In this document: one piece after another, positions 1 through 6,837 of the stretch
Layout: the number at the start of each line of letters is the position of its first letter
Position numbering within the stretch: the stretch's first letter is position 1
Virus record (IMG/VR): IMGVR_UViG_3300033155_000850
Direction: 5' to 3' (one strand)
From: an uncultured virus (IMG/VR IMGVR_UViG_3300033155_000850)
Taxonomy: Duplodnaviria; Heunggongvirae; Uroviricota; Caudoviricetes
Length of the DNA stretch: 20,000 bases
Made by a program: the position numbers and the translations under genes
The notes under the pieces: generated by a model
What the model was told of the DNA's origin: nothing
Databases searched by the model: none
Seen by the model: only the letters and a program-made list of their open reading frames with translations

Positions 1-49
1 AGACTTAAGCTATAGGTGAAGACACCGGCATTTATTAAAGAAATCAAAC

Positions 50-520
50 TAGGCGATTGCTTCTGCCCAGAATCACTAGAATGATAGACTAGTAGTATCC
101 AAACAAGTACAGGGCAATGTGCATATGTGGAGAGACGCTAGCCATTCAGGAGTCGCATAGCGTCATCTGTTTGAAGACCTAGCGGCCCAGGTCTAGAGGG
201 GCCGCCCCTATTTTCGGGGACGTTGATAATACTTGTCAACGCCCTACTGAAAGGGTATGGTTAGCCCGAGCGCAGAAGTAACTGGCCACCATGTCGCCGG
301 ATGGATTATGGTCTTATACGGTGGAGGGGTTGTATTGCACCTGTCTTACCTGTCGTAAGAAGCAATGCCGAGGAGTGTTGGCTACTCAGCTCTTTTACTC
401 AATGATGTAGCTGCGAAATGTGCGCTGTGGCGTATACATATATAGATCGATACTGTGATATTTTTTATTCTTTTACAGATCGGTCGACGACCCTACTAGC
501 CACAGATAGTAGGAGTCGTT
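50..520 (+). ncRNA. Candidate large structured ncRNA (may extend 5' beyond the window)
   Basis: No ORF >=60 aa. Consecutive stems: TGCCC 64-68/GGGCA 112-116; GACGCTA 134-140/TAGCGTC 158-164; H-type pseudoknot AGACCT 175-180/AGGTCT 189-194 with GCGGCCC 182-188/GGGCCGC 199-205; CGTTGATAA/TTGTCAACG 221-241; terminal hairpin 487-519 whose loop GCCACAG pairs with CTGTGGC 425-431. Confidence 0.6.
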
Positions 521-533
521 TAAAGGGGTAAGT

Positions 534-752
534 ATGTCTGATGTTATTTGGAATAAAGAACCTCCAACACAATCTGGATGGTATTGGTATAAGTCTGCAC
601 ACGGGCGAATATCAATGGTTTATCTTAGACACGGAGATTTTATTACTTCTTTAGTTCAATGTACTATAAAAAATCCGGAGGGTGTATTAGCTACAGATTT
701 TAAAGGTACTTGGTCACTTGAAATTATTCCTCCTACTGAACCGGGCTATTAA
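534..752 (+). CDS. Phage hypothetical protein (W-x4-P-T-x-x-GWYW motif)
   Basis: 72 aa ORF with AAGGGG SD; abuts next gene. Confidence 0.75.
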   Translation: MSDVIWNKEPPTQSGWYWYKSAHGRISMVYLRHGDFITSLVQCTIKNPEGVLATDFKGTWSLEIIPPTEPGY

Positions 753-905
753 ATGAAAAAAGCAATGTATGTAATATCAATACATAATAAGGGTGGAGCG
801 TATAAAAACGTTCTTTTTGAAGGCACACGAATTGAAGCTAGAGTTAGAGCTAAAGAAATTCGTGATAACAATGGCTCTAGAATTCACTTTGTGAGATATT
901 TATGA
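753..905 (+). CDS. Small basic hypothetical protein, 50 aa (MKKAMYVISIHNKGG...)
   Basis: Manually translated; fills the gap exactly, ATGA overlap with 902. Confidence 0.65.
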   Translation: MKKAMYVISIHNKGGAYKNVLFEGTRIEARVRAKEIRDNNGSRIHFVRYL

Positions 906-1276
906 GGTCACCTAAACAAATCGTAAGCGAAATTCTAGATAAAGGTTTAGCAGATAGTACTTGGCGAGAACAATATCCACAAGCTTATGAAAATTTATTG
1001 ACTTATAGAGAAGATTTAATTAGGTCTTTTGAATCTATTAAACCTACAGAATATCATTTTTTTACATCTAGCCAAGCTAATTGGGAGACCAGTCCTAGTC
1101 TATATACGTGTTTACGTAATCAACGAAGAGCGGATAAAAGGTTGAAGAACTTCATAATCAAGGGTTGTAACGTATTTAAAGTACCTTTACCTAATGATAA
1201 AGAACATCCATATGACATAGACAATTTTACCCCTCAAGTGGAGGGTACAGAGTGGCTTCATTATGAGAAGTATTAG
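902..1276 (+). CDS. Phage hypothetical protein
   Basis: 124 aa ORF, overlap-coupled on both sides. Confidence 0.75.
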   Translation: MRSPKQIVSEILDKGLADSTWREQYPQAYENLLTYREDLIRSFESIKPTEYHFFTSSQANWETSPSLYTCLRNQRRADKRLKNFIIKGCNVFKVPLPNDKEHPYDIDNFTPQVEGTEWLHYEKY

Positions 1277-1661
1277 TCTCATAGCATCTATTGCCCTATG
1301 TACAGGTTGTGCTCATACAGATCAATGGACTGATAAAGATACTAAACACTTTGCTACATACGTAGCGGCCGCATCGTTAGATACATTCAGCACAAACCGT
1401 TTAATAAACGATTTTTACTATACAGAGGAACGTAATCCTGTAATAGTAAGGACCTTTGGACAACGACCCTCTAAAAAAGAATTGATAGTTGGAACTATAG
1501 TAATCTCCATTACAAATTTCTTTATTGCTAGAGCTATTCCAGAAAAATATCGTCGCAAATATCTTTCTATATGGACCTTCGGGCATACGACTCTATCTAT
1601 GTATAATTTTAATTTGTACAACAAATGCGCAGGAATATATGACTGTGGTTCTATTGACTAA
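1263..1661 (+). CDS. Putative lipoprotein / membrane protein
   Basis: Signal peptide ending in lipobox-like LCTG-C; further hydrophobic helix LIVGTIVISITNFFIA. Confidence 0.65.
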   Translation: MRSISLIASIALCTGCAHTDQWTDKDTKHFATYVAAASLDTFSTNRLINDFYYTEERNPVIVRTFGQRPSKKELIVGTIVISITNFFIARAIPEKYRRKYLSIWTFGHTTLSMYNFNLYNKCAGIYDCGSID

Positions 1662-1818
1662 TGAACTGTGTTTATGTGGTGATCCAGATTGTCATAAATG
1701 TTTTCCTAAATATAGTGGTGAAGATGATTATTGTTTTGATGAAGATCAATTACGACAACAGGAAGTAGATGATGAAATGATAGAACGTCATCGTCGTAAA
1801 GGTGTTGATAATCATTGA
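1639..1818 (+). CDS. Small Cys-rich acidic protein (CLCGDPDCHKC)
   Basis: 3' part of ORF 1525-1818; ATG 1639 with AGGA SD; start uncertain. Confidence 0.55.
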   Translation: MTVVLLTNELCLCGDPDCHKCFPKYSGEDDYCFDEDQLRQQEVDDEMIERHRRKGVDNH

Positions 1819-1844
1819 TCCTACAAAATTCCGTTAAGGACCCA

Positions 1845-1874
1845 GTATACTTTGCTGTTTATTTGTAGTACTAT
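1845..1874 (+). promoter_or_regulatory. Early-type promoter GTATAC-N18-TACTAT
   Basis: Member of the repeated promoter family; shares upstream GGACCCAGTATAC with the copy at 5750. Confidence 0.75.
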
Positions 1875-1904
1875 TTACTTGACGATTAAATTGGAGGTTA
1901 AGAA

Positions 1905-2042
1905 ATTGAAAAGATAATCGTTGCAGTACTAGCTCCAATAATGATTGGGCTAGCGGCCTATCTAGCGTATACGATCGGCCTACTCATGGTGGCATTTATG
2001 ATGATATATGCCATATTGTATGAAGGAAATAGAGGTAATTGA
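1905..2042 (+). CDS. Small membrane protein, 45 aa, apparent ATT start
   Basis: GGAGGT SD 6 nt before ATT; product (M)EKIIVAVLAPIMIGLAAYLAYTIGLLMVAFMMIYAILYEGNRGN; stop abuts ATG 2044. Confidence 0.55.
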   Translation: MEKIIVAVLAPIMIGLAAYLAYTIGLLMVAFMMIYAILYEGNRGN

Positions 2043-2043
2043 A

Positions 2044-2562
2044 ATGACTGAAGAAACAGCGGTTGAAGCCGCACCAGTACCTTCGGGTCCTGCAGATGGT
2101 ATCGCTCGAGGTCGCATGCACGCAGCATTAGTTTTTGCGATTAAGTTTAACTCAGGCGAAGCCAAAGACGGTGATCTTGCACGTAAGTATGCAACGACAC
2201 CAGGTAAAATCAACGACATCCGTAAAGATCGTAACTTCAAGTACGTAATTGCTACTATGGCATTTACGGCCGGTGAAGTTCAGGAAGCTAAAGATCGTTT
2301 TGCAGCTTCCGTCAATGCGGAAAACAGCACGGTTGCTGAAGATCAGCGTCCTGTAGTTATCGAGGATGGTAATACCGCTCTTGATGGCGTACCTAAGACT
2401 GAGGGCGACAGTCAGTTGTCTAATGCTCGTAAGGCTGATCGCAAGCCTCGCGGCAAGTCAGGTGATGAAGCTGAATCTGAAGCAGGTGGCGAAGCCACAG
2501 CAGAAGCTGCTGAGGTAGATGCAGCCAGTGATGACGACCTCGACGGTCTATTGGACGAGTAA
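2044..2562 (+). CDS. HTH-type DNA-binding protein with acidic low-complexity tail
   Basis: ATG 2044 with GAGGT SD. Segment DGDLARKYATTPGKINDIRKDRNFKYV resembles the HTH of the genes at 16562 and 17875; ends DDDLDGLLDE. Confidence 0.7.
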   Translation: MTEETAVEAAPVPSGPADGIARGRMHAALVFAIKFNSGEAKDGDLARKYATTPGKINDIRKDRNFKYVIATMAFTAGEVQEAKDRFAASVNAENSTVAEDQRPVVIEDGNTALDGVPKTEGDSQLSNARKADRKPRGKSGDEAESEAGGEATAEAAEVDAASDDDLDGLLDE

Positions 2563-2612
2563 TCGTTCAGCCGCTGGTACACCGGTTAAAGTGTACTAGC
2601 ATTCACCATGCA

Positions 2613-2636
2613 ACGGGGGCTTCGGCCCCCGTATTT
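2613..2636 (+). terminator. Intrinsic terminator or processing hairpin
   Basis: ACGGGGGC-TTCG-GCCCCCGT followed by a weak ATTT tail. Confidence 0.6.
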
Positions 2637-2640
2637 AACT

Positions 2641-2727
2641 GAAGTATTTTGATGGTAATCGGTTAGAGCCGCTGTACAGCATTAAAAAGTCGGGAGACGC
2701 TACTCCGATTACCTTCAAAAATACTTT
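2641..2727 (+). ncRNA. Candidate small structured RNA (long stem capped by a junction)
   Basis: GAAGTATTTTGATGGTAATCGG 2641-2662 pairs with CCGATTACCTTCAAAAATACTTT 2705-2727; inner hairpins GCTG-TA-CAGC and GTC-GGGA-GAC. Confidence 0.55.
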
Positions 2728-2729
2728 AA

Positions 2730-2851
2730 CGCGGGATGGCGGAATTGGTAGACGCGCCCAAAGATCTGGGTATAGTGTATAATCCGCGGATTATATGGTT
2801 TTTCTAGATAAAACAGCTATTTTGCAGGTTCAAGTCCTGCTCCCGCTACCA
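2730..2851 (+). tRNA. Non-canonical tRNA-Leu-like RNA (no assignable anticodon, 53-nt variable region)
   Basis: Acceptor GCGGGA/TCCCGC; D-arm TGGCGGAATTGGTAGACGC; T-arm GCAGG-TTCAAGT-CCTGC; discriminator A plus encoded CCA; anticodon arm reduced to CCCA-AAGATC-TGGG. Confidence 0.85.
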
Positions 2852-2864
2852 AATCGGGTGATGT

Positions 2865-3095
2865 ATGTGGACTAAAAAATCTTACGCTACTGCAGAAGAT
2901 AATCATAAGGCTGGTCGTTGGACAATTAGTAATGGCCATGTGGATTTTGATATACACCTAACAATAGACGGCTCTCATGGTACAGGCTACATAGTATCAC
3001 CAGCAGAAGCCGATGCTTATGCAGATCATATCTTACGTAAGCTAAACGAACAGGACTCAATCGAGTTTCGCCCAATACTGCCCCAGGACCTATAG
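2865..3095 (+). CDS. Phage hypothetical protein
   Basis: 76 aa ORF, GGTGA SD. Confidence 0.7.
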   Translation: MWTKKSYATAEDNHKAGRWTISNGHVDFDIHLTIDGSHGTGYIVSPAEADAYADHILRKLNEQDSIEFRPILPQDL

Positions 3096-3096
3096 T

Positions 3097-3315
3097 ATGA
3101 AGATACACCCTAAAGTATATCTTTGTATGGCTTTAATATCTCTTACAGCTGTATTTGTATTGTCTATAGTAATGTTCGACCTTATAGAAAAAGGTCGCTA
3201 TGATGCACTGTTTCTATATCCTATCATTATATGGCTTAACTGGTACCAGTATACGGATAAAATACATTTGTATAGACTTTCAAAAAATACTAAATCTCTT
3301 TACAAAGATGAATGA
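3097..3315 (+). CDS. Hypothetical membrane protein
   Basis: 72 aa with two hydrophobic segments. Confidence 0.7.
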   Translation: MKIHPKVYLCMALISLTAVFVLSIVMFDLIEKGRYDALFLYPIIIWLNWYQYTDKIHLYRLSKNTKSLYKDE

Positions 3316-3329
3316 ATCCAATAATAATG

Positions 3330-3530
3330 GGTATAGACCAGGTGATTGGTCTCTTCCTAAAATGGTGGACTGAAGGACCTCCTGTGAGAAGTGGAATAGC
3401 AACTCATGAGGAGCAAGTGATTTTTTACGATAGTAAATTCGTAAGAAAGATTTTAGGTCACGAAGGCGGTATAACCACTCTTCCTCAACCGCGTATGGAG
3501 GTGAACAGTCGGATTTAACGTCACCGACGA
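3330..3530 (+). ncRNA. Candidate multi-hairpin structured RNA (overlaps weak ORF 3312-3518)
   Basis: Five back-to-back hairpins with complementary loops; see findings. Confidence 0.5.
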
Positions 3531-3561
3531 AACATGATTAAAATCCTCGGTTGAGGATTCT

Positions 3562-3591
3562 GTGTACATTGCTGATCATTTACAGTAGAAT
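3562..3591 (+). promoter_or_regulatory. Early-type promoter GTGTAC-N18-TAGAAT, preceded by stem-loop AATCCTC-GGTT-GAGGATT
   Basis: Family match; ATG 3598 lies at the predicted +1. Confidence 0.8.
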
Positions 3592-3597
3592 ATAACT

Positions 3598-4035
3598 ATG
3601 ATAGAAATCGGTTTCACAGGAACTAGGCAGGGTATGACTATACCTCAACATGCCGCCCTAGTAAAAATCATGTTATCTTATCGTAAGATGACAGAAGCTT
3701 CATTTATGTGGCATCATGGTTTATGTATAGGCTCTGACGAACAATGCCATAATTTAGCTACGATCTTTGATTTTTACATATTCGGTCATCCACCTATTAA
3801 CGAAGACCTTGTAGCCGAACTTACTGGATTTCGTGGTTTAGCTCCAGCTAAAGGTTATATAGCTCGTAATCATACAATAGTGGACAGTACAGAGATACTT
3901 ATTGCTACTCCGCATGAACTTAAAGAACAAGTACGTAGCGGCACGTGGGCTACTATTAGATACGCTAAAAAACGCGGTAAACGTGTAACTATAATTAATC
4001 CTTACGGAAATACTTATGTGTATTCAGATCTATGA
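3598..4035 (+). CDS. SLOG superfamily (DprA/Smf/YspA-like) nucleotide-binding protein
   Basis: Motifs IGFTGTR, HHGLCIGSD, RNHTIVD, SGTWATIRYAKKRGKRV. Confidence 0.8.
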   Translation: MIEIGFTGTRQGMTIPQHAALVKIMLSYRKMTEASFMWHHGLCIGSDEQCHNLATIFDFYIFGHPPINEDLVAELTGFRGLAPAKGYIARNHTIVDSTEILIATPHELKEQVRSGTWATIRYAKKRGKRVTIINPYGNTYVYSDL

Positions 4036-4187
4036 GTGAAGATATATTTGGCATCGGTGAACTTAGCTGGAATAATAGCAGACAAAGATGGTGTGGACTT
4101 GTAAACTTTTTTGGATCTCTATGTATAGCGGAATTTAGAGTAACGACCGATAAAGTTGAATCTCCAGTTTTATCGAAAATATCATGA
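4032..4187 (+). CDS. Small hypothetical protein, 51 aa
   Basis: Manually translated; ATGA overlaps at both ends. Confidence 0.6.
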   Translation: MSEDIFGIGELSWNNSRQRWCGLVNFFGSLCIAEFRVTTDKVESPVLSKIS

Positions 4188-4342
4188 AACCAAAAGATAC
4201 AGGTTTAGTACATGCTATTAAAGAATTTTCAAAAGAAGCTTCAGGTATACTGTTTTGGACCGGATTTATGGCTGGCATACTATTAGGCCTTTTGGTCAGT
4301 GCAGCTGTACTCATATATTTTAATGCGAGGATGTATGTTTAA
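4184..4342 (+). CDS. Small membrane protein, 52 aa
   Basis: Manually translated; TM segment ILFWTGFMAGILLGLLVSAAVLIYF. Confidence 0.6.
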   Translation: MKPKDTGLVHAIKEFSKEASGILFWTGFMAGILLGLLVSAAVLIYFNARMYV

Positions 4343-4556
4343 ATTTACACAAACAGATGAAATGACAGAAATCATTCAAAAAATGTATTCTGATGGCGGC
4401 CTTGTTAATTTAGAAATAGAAAAAGTTAAGGGTAACCATATAAAACTCTATTGTACCTACAAAGGTATACGATTACTAGAAATGGGACCTATACCACTTA
4501 AACGTGTTGGTGACATTATCAACGTAAATGATATGAAAATTCGATTAGAAAAATAG
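4335..4556 (+). CDS. Phage hypothetical protein
   Basis: Within ORF 4299-4556; ATG 4335 with GAGG SD. Confidence 0.7.
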   Translation: MFKFTQTDEMTEIIQKMYSDGGLVNLEIEKVKGNHIKLYCTYKGIRLLEMGPIPLKRVGDIINVNDMKIRLEK

Positions 4557-4714
4557 TGAAAATTCGAATTGAAGATCACGCTGATACAGAAGCCATGGAG
4601 TGTCCTAATTGCTCTGAAATAGCTTTACAAGCAATGACTACAAAAACGGATAATAACGGTAAAGATTTCACTGTATACGAATGCAATGAATGCCATATGG
4701 AGCAAAATTATTAA
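4556..4714 (+). CDS. Small zinc-ribbon protein, 52 aa
   Basis: GTG start; CPNC...CNEC; 1-nt overlaps with both neighbours. Confidence 0.65.
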   Translation: MKIRIEDHADTEAMECPNCSEIALQAMTTKTDNNGKDFTVYECNECHMEQNY

Positions 4715-5190
4715 TGGCTAAATTCGTCATAGTGTGTATGAACGATTCACACGGTAAAATCCCGCTCCAACCAGATATATCGTTAGGTAATAAGATATGG
4801 GGTATGACCGGAATTACTATGATACAATATGCACGAGTCTTTAATCGTAAAAACTTATTTGGTATAAACGAATCTAGAAGTAAAGATAACGCTAAATTAA
4901 ATGCTTATAGAATACTTAAAAACGTAAATTCTATAGACACAGACACATTTATTATATGTCTAGGTAAAGAAGTAGCCACAGCATTTGGTCTATATACAGC
5001 TATGCCTTTAAAGTTCAAAAAAATTCAAACAAAAACGTGGGCAGCATATCTCCCTTATGAGTCTGAGTTTAATAGACGTTCTAGTTTAAGCGAGAGGAGA
5101 CTTGCAGCCACTGAATTTATGCAGAGTGTAGGTGCAGCCGCAATCGGAGAGATTAGTGAAGATGATTTACATCACCATTTCGCTCAGTAG
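4714..5190 (+). CDS. Uracil-DNA glycosylase-like fold protein, catalytic motif degenerate
   Basis: IICLGKEVATAF and AAYLPYESEFNR resemble UDG family 4/5 'IxxLGxxA' and 'xxHPS' motifs; TAATG overlap start. Confidence 0.5.
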   Translation: MAKFVIVCMNDSHGKIPLQPDISLGNKIWGMTGITMIQYARVFNRKNLFGINESRSKDNAKLNAYRILKNVNSIDTDTFIICLGKEVATAFGLYTAMPLKFKKIQTKTWAAYLPYESEFNRRSSLSERRLAATEFMQSVGAAAIGEISEDDLHHHFAQ

Positions 5191-5197
5191 CTCTCTA

Positions 5198-5227
5198 CTT
5201 TACTCTGATATAAACGTTCAGTACTAT
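5198..5227 (+). promoter_or_regulatory. Divergent early-type promoter CTTTAC-N18-TACTAT
   Basis: Same spacing as the family; intergenic. Confidence 0.5.
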
Positions 5228-5258
5228 GTATAACTAGCAGAGAATTGTAGAGAGCCTA

Positions 5259-5720
5259 ATGAATAGATATAGTAGTTGGTTTGATGTAGGACCTTTAGGC
5301 TGTGGACGAACTACAGCTATAGCTAAAGCATGTAAAAGTATCAACGCTACTATGTTATGTGCAACATCTAACCATGCTAAAGAGGTTGCTAATGAACATG
5401 GTATTAAAACCGCGTCTATACAGAATGTCGACCATGGTTATAGAGGTCCATTCTTAGCAGATCATTATGCTATACAGTCTATAACTCATGATTATGAGGC
5501 TATGATAGCAGAACGAAACATAGAAATCAGTGCATTAAAACTCCGTATAAATAGACAAAGTTCATTGATAGATAGATATAGAGAACAACGAGATACTTAC
5601 AAAAAAACATATTTAAAATCACTTGAAATTAAGGATGAATACGATAAACTGAAGAAGCAAGTTTGCTGTTCATGTTGCGGTTCAATTTTAGAAACCGGTG
5701 AATGTGCTAGGTGTGAATGA
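5259..5720 (+). CDS. P-loop-like domain + coiled coil + C-terminal Zn finger
   Basis: GPLGCGRTT Walker-A-like; FLADH Walker-B-like; heptad region; CSCCG...CARC. Confidence 0.6.
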   Translation: MNRYSSWFDVGPLGCGRTTAIAKACKSINATMLCATSNHAKEVANEHGIKTASIQNVDHGYRGPFLADHYAIQSITHDYEAMIAERNIEISALKLRINRQSSLIDRYREQRDTYKKTYLKSLEIKDEYDKLKKQVCCSCCGSILETGECARCE

Positions 5721-5749
5721 TATATGTCAACAATCAAAGTTAGGACCCA

Positions 5750-5779
5750 GTATACATTGCTGTTATTCTACGGTAGAAT
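5750..5779 (+). promoter_or_regulatory. Early-type promoter GTATAC-N18-TAGAAT
   Basis: Family match; ATG 5786 at predicted +1. Confidence 0.8.
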
Positions 5780-5785
5780 ATAACT

Positions 5786-6001
5786 ATGGATATATTTGCT
5801 ATAAGATCTACTTCAGATGAGGCTAAACATAAATTACGCGTCGATGATAGTGAATTCACGATCGTAGAATGGCAGGCTATGATAGGTCGTCTATATGCTA
5901 AGGCTGCTCGTTTTAGAAAGAAGACTAATAAACACGAGGCTTGGAAAAAAGCTGATGGTGTACGAGCTAAAGTAAACGCTGCTTTAAAGGAAATATCATG
6001 A
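5786..6001 (+). CDS. Small basic hypothetical protein (leaderless)
   Basis: 71 aa; no SD; ATGA overlap with next gene. Confidence 0.7.
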   Translation: MDIFAIRSTSDEAKHKLRVDDSEFTIVEWQAMIGRLYAKAARFRKKTNKHEAWKKADGVRAKVNAALKEIS

Positions 6002-6219
6002 GCGCAGGAAAACTAATAGATAAAGAAACTAGAAAAGAGCTTAAAATAGGAGATAAAGTTTTTAATAAAGAGGGAAAAGAATATACTGTATACGGATGGC
6101 GTAAACCTCATAAAGTAGGTAGTACAGGTAAAGTATTCGTTAAAGCCGAAAACTCTATATTCGAGTCTCGATTCTTTCCAAGCGTATTTAATTTAGAGAT
6201 CATTGATTATGAAGACTAA
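5998..6219 (+). CDS. Phage hypothetical protein (SH3-like beta barrel pattern)
   Basis: LKIGDKV...PHKVGSTGKVFV...FFPSVFNL; AAGGA SD. Confidence 0.75.
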   Translation: MSAGKLIDKETRKELKIGDKVFNKEGKEYTVYGWRKPHKVGSTGKVFVKAENSIFESRFFPSVFNLEIIDYED

Positions 6220-6358
6220 GAATTTTCCTGCACGTAAACTACTTCGTCAAATGAACGCTAATCGTGATAGAAATGAACCGTACACTGATAAAGAAATCGA
6301 TAAATTAAATTCCGCACGAAATATTCGCACGAAAAAGTATCGCGGATCAAATAGATAA
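6209..6358 (+). CDS. Small basic protein, 49 aa (MKTKNFPARKLLRQ...RNIRTKKYRG)
   Basis: Manually translated; fills the gap. Confidence 0.6.
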   Translation: MKTKNFPARKLLRQMNANRDRNEPYTDKEIDKLNSARNIRTKKYRGSNR

Positions 6359-6388
6359 AGGACCTTTTGGACCTTTGGAGGTTTAGAC

Positions 6389-6583
6389 ATGGCATTACCG
6401 CAGTTAGGCACGTCGGTCAATATTGTTAAGGTTACTAGTAAGGGTCGTAAAATAATGTCGGTCCACCCTAACAAAGTTTCAGGTAAATTAGAAGGGTATT
6501 TAGATACTCTTAGATCTAAGTTTGAAATAGGCGAATGTAAGAGAAATAACATAGAGATCATACCTAAAGAGATTATTGATTGA
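6389..6583 (+). CDS. Phage hypothetical protein
   Basis: 64 aa, GGAGGT SD. Confidence 0.75.
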   Translation: MALPQLGTSVNIVKVTSKGRKIMSVHPNKVSGKLEGYLDTLRSKFEIGECKRNNIEIIPKEIID

Positions 6584-6590
6584 GAATTCT

Positions 6591-6620
6591 GTATACATTG
6601 CTGTTATTCTGGTATACAAT
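6591..6620 (+). promoter_or_regulatory. Early-type promoter GTATAC-N18-TACAAT
   Basis: Family match. Confidence 0.8.
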
Positions 6621-6666
6621 ATAGGTATGATTGGAGATTGTCTTCGGTCATTATGGGAGAACCGCC

Positions 6667-6837
6667 ATGAAATACGGAGTTGTATTGAAAGGAAAAATGA
6701 AACTTAAGACTAATGATTTACAAGAGGCTAGACGTAAATTAGAGGAATTAGGCGATACTGCCTTTATTTATTATGGAAAATCCGCCATTAAAAAGTATGA
6801 AACCACACACGTGCCCACTGTAGGAGAATCCGAATGA
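6667..6837 (+). CDS. Small hypothetical protein, 56 aa
   Basis: ATG 6667 with GGGAG SD inside ORF 6631-6837. Confidence 0.65.
   Translation: MKYGVVLKGKMKLKTNDLQEARRKLEELGDTAFIYYGKSAIKKYETTHVPTVGESE

Noticed and set aside
2730..2851. Canonical tRNA-Leu/Ser, tmRNA, selC or intron-containing tRNA
   Set aside because: No 7-nt anticodon loop; D-stem present and no G3:U70 or tag ORF; no UCA anticodon; insert is in the variable region and too short for a group I intron
3312..3518. 68-aa ORF as a confident CDS
   Set aside because: No SD and unusually dense RNA structure; kept as a possible dual-function locus but not called
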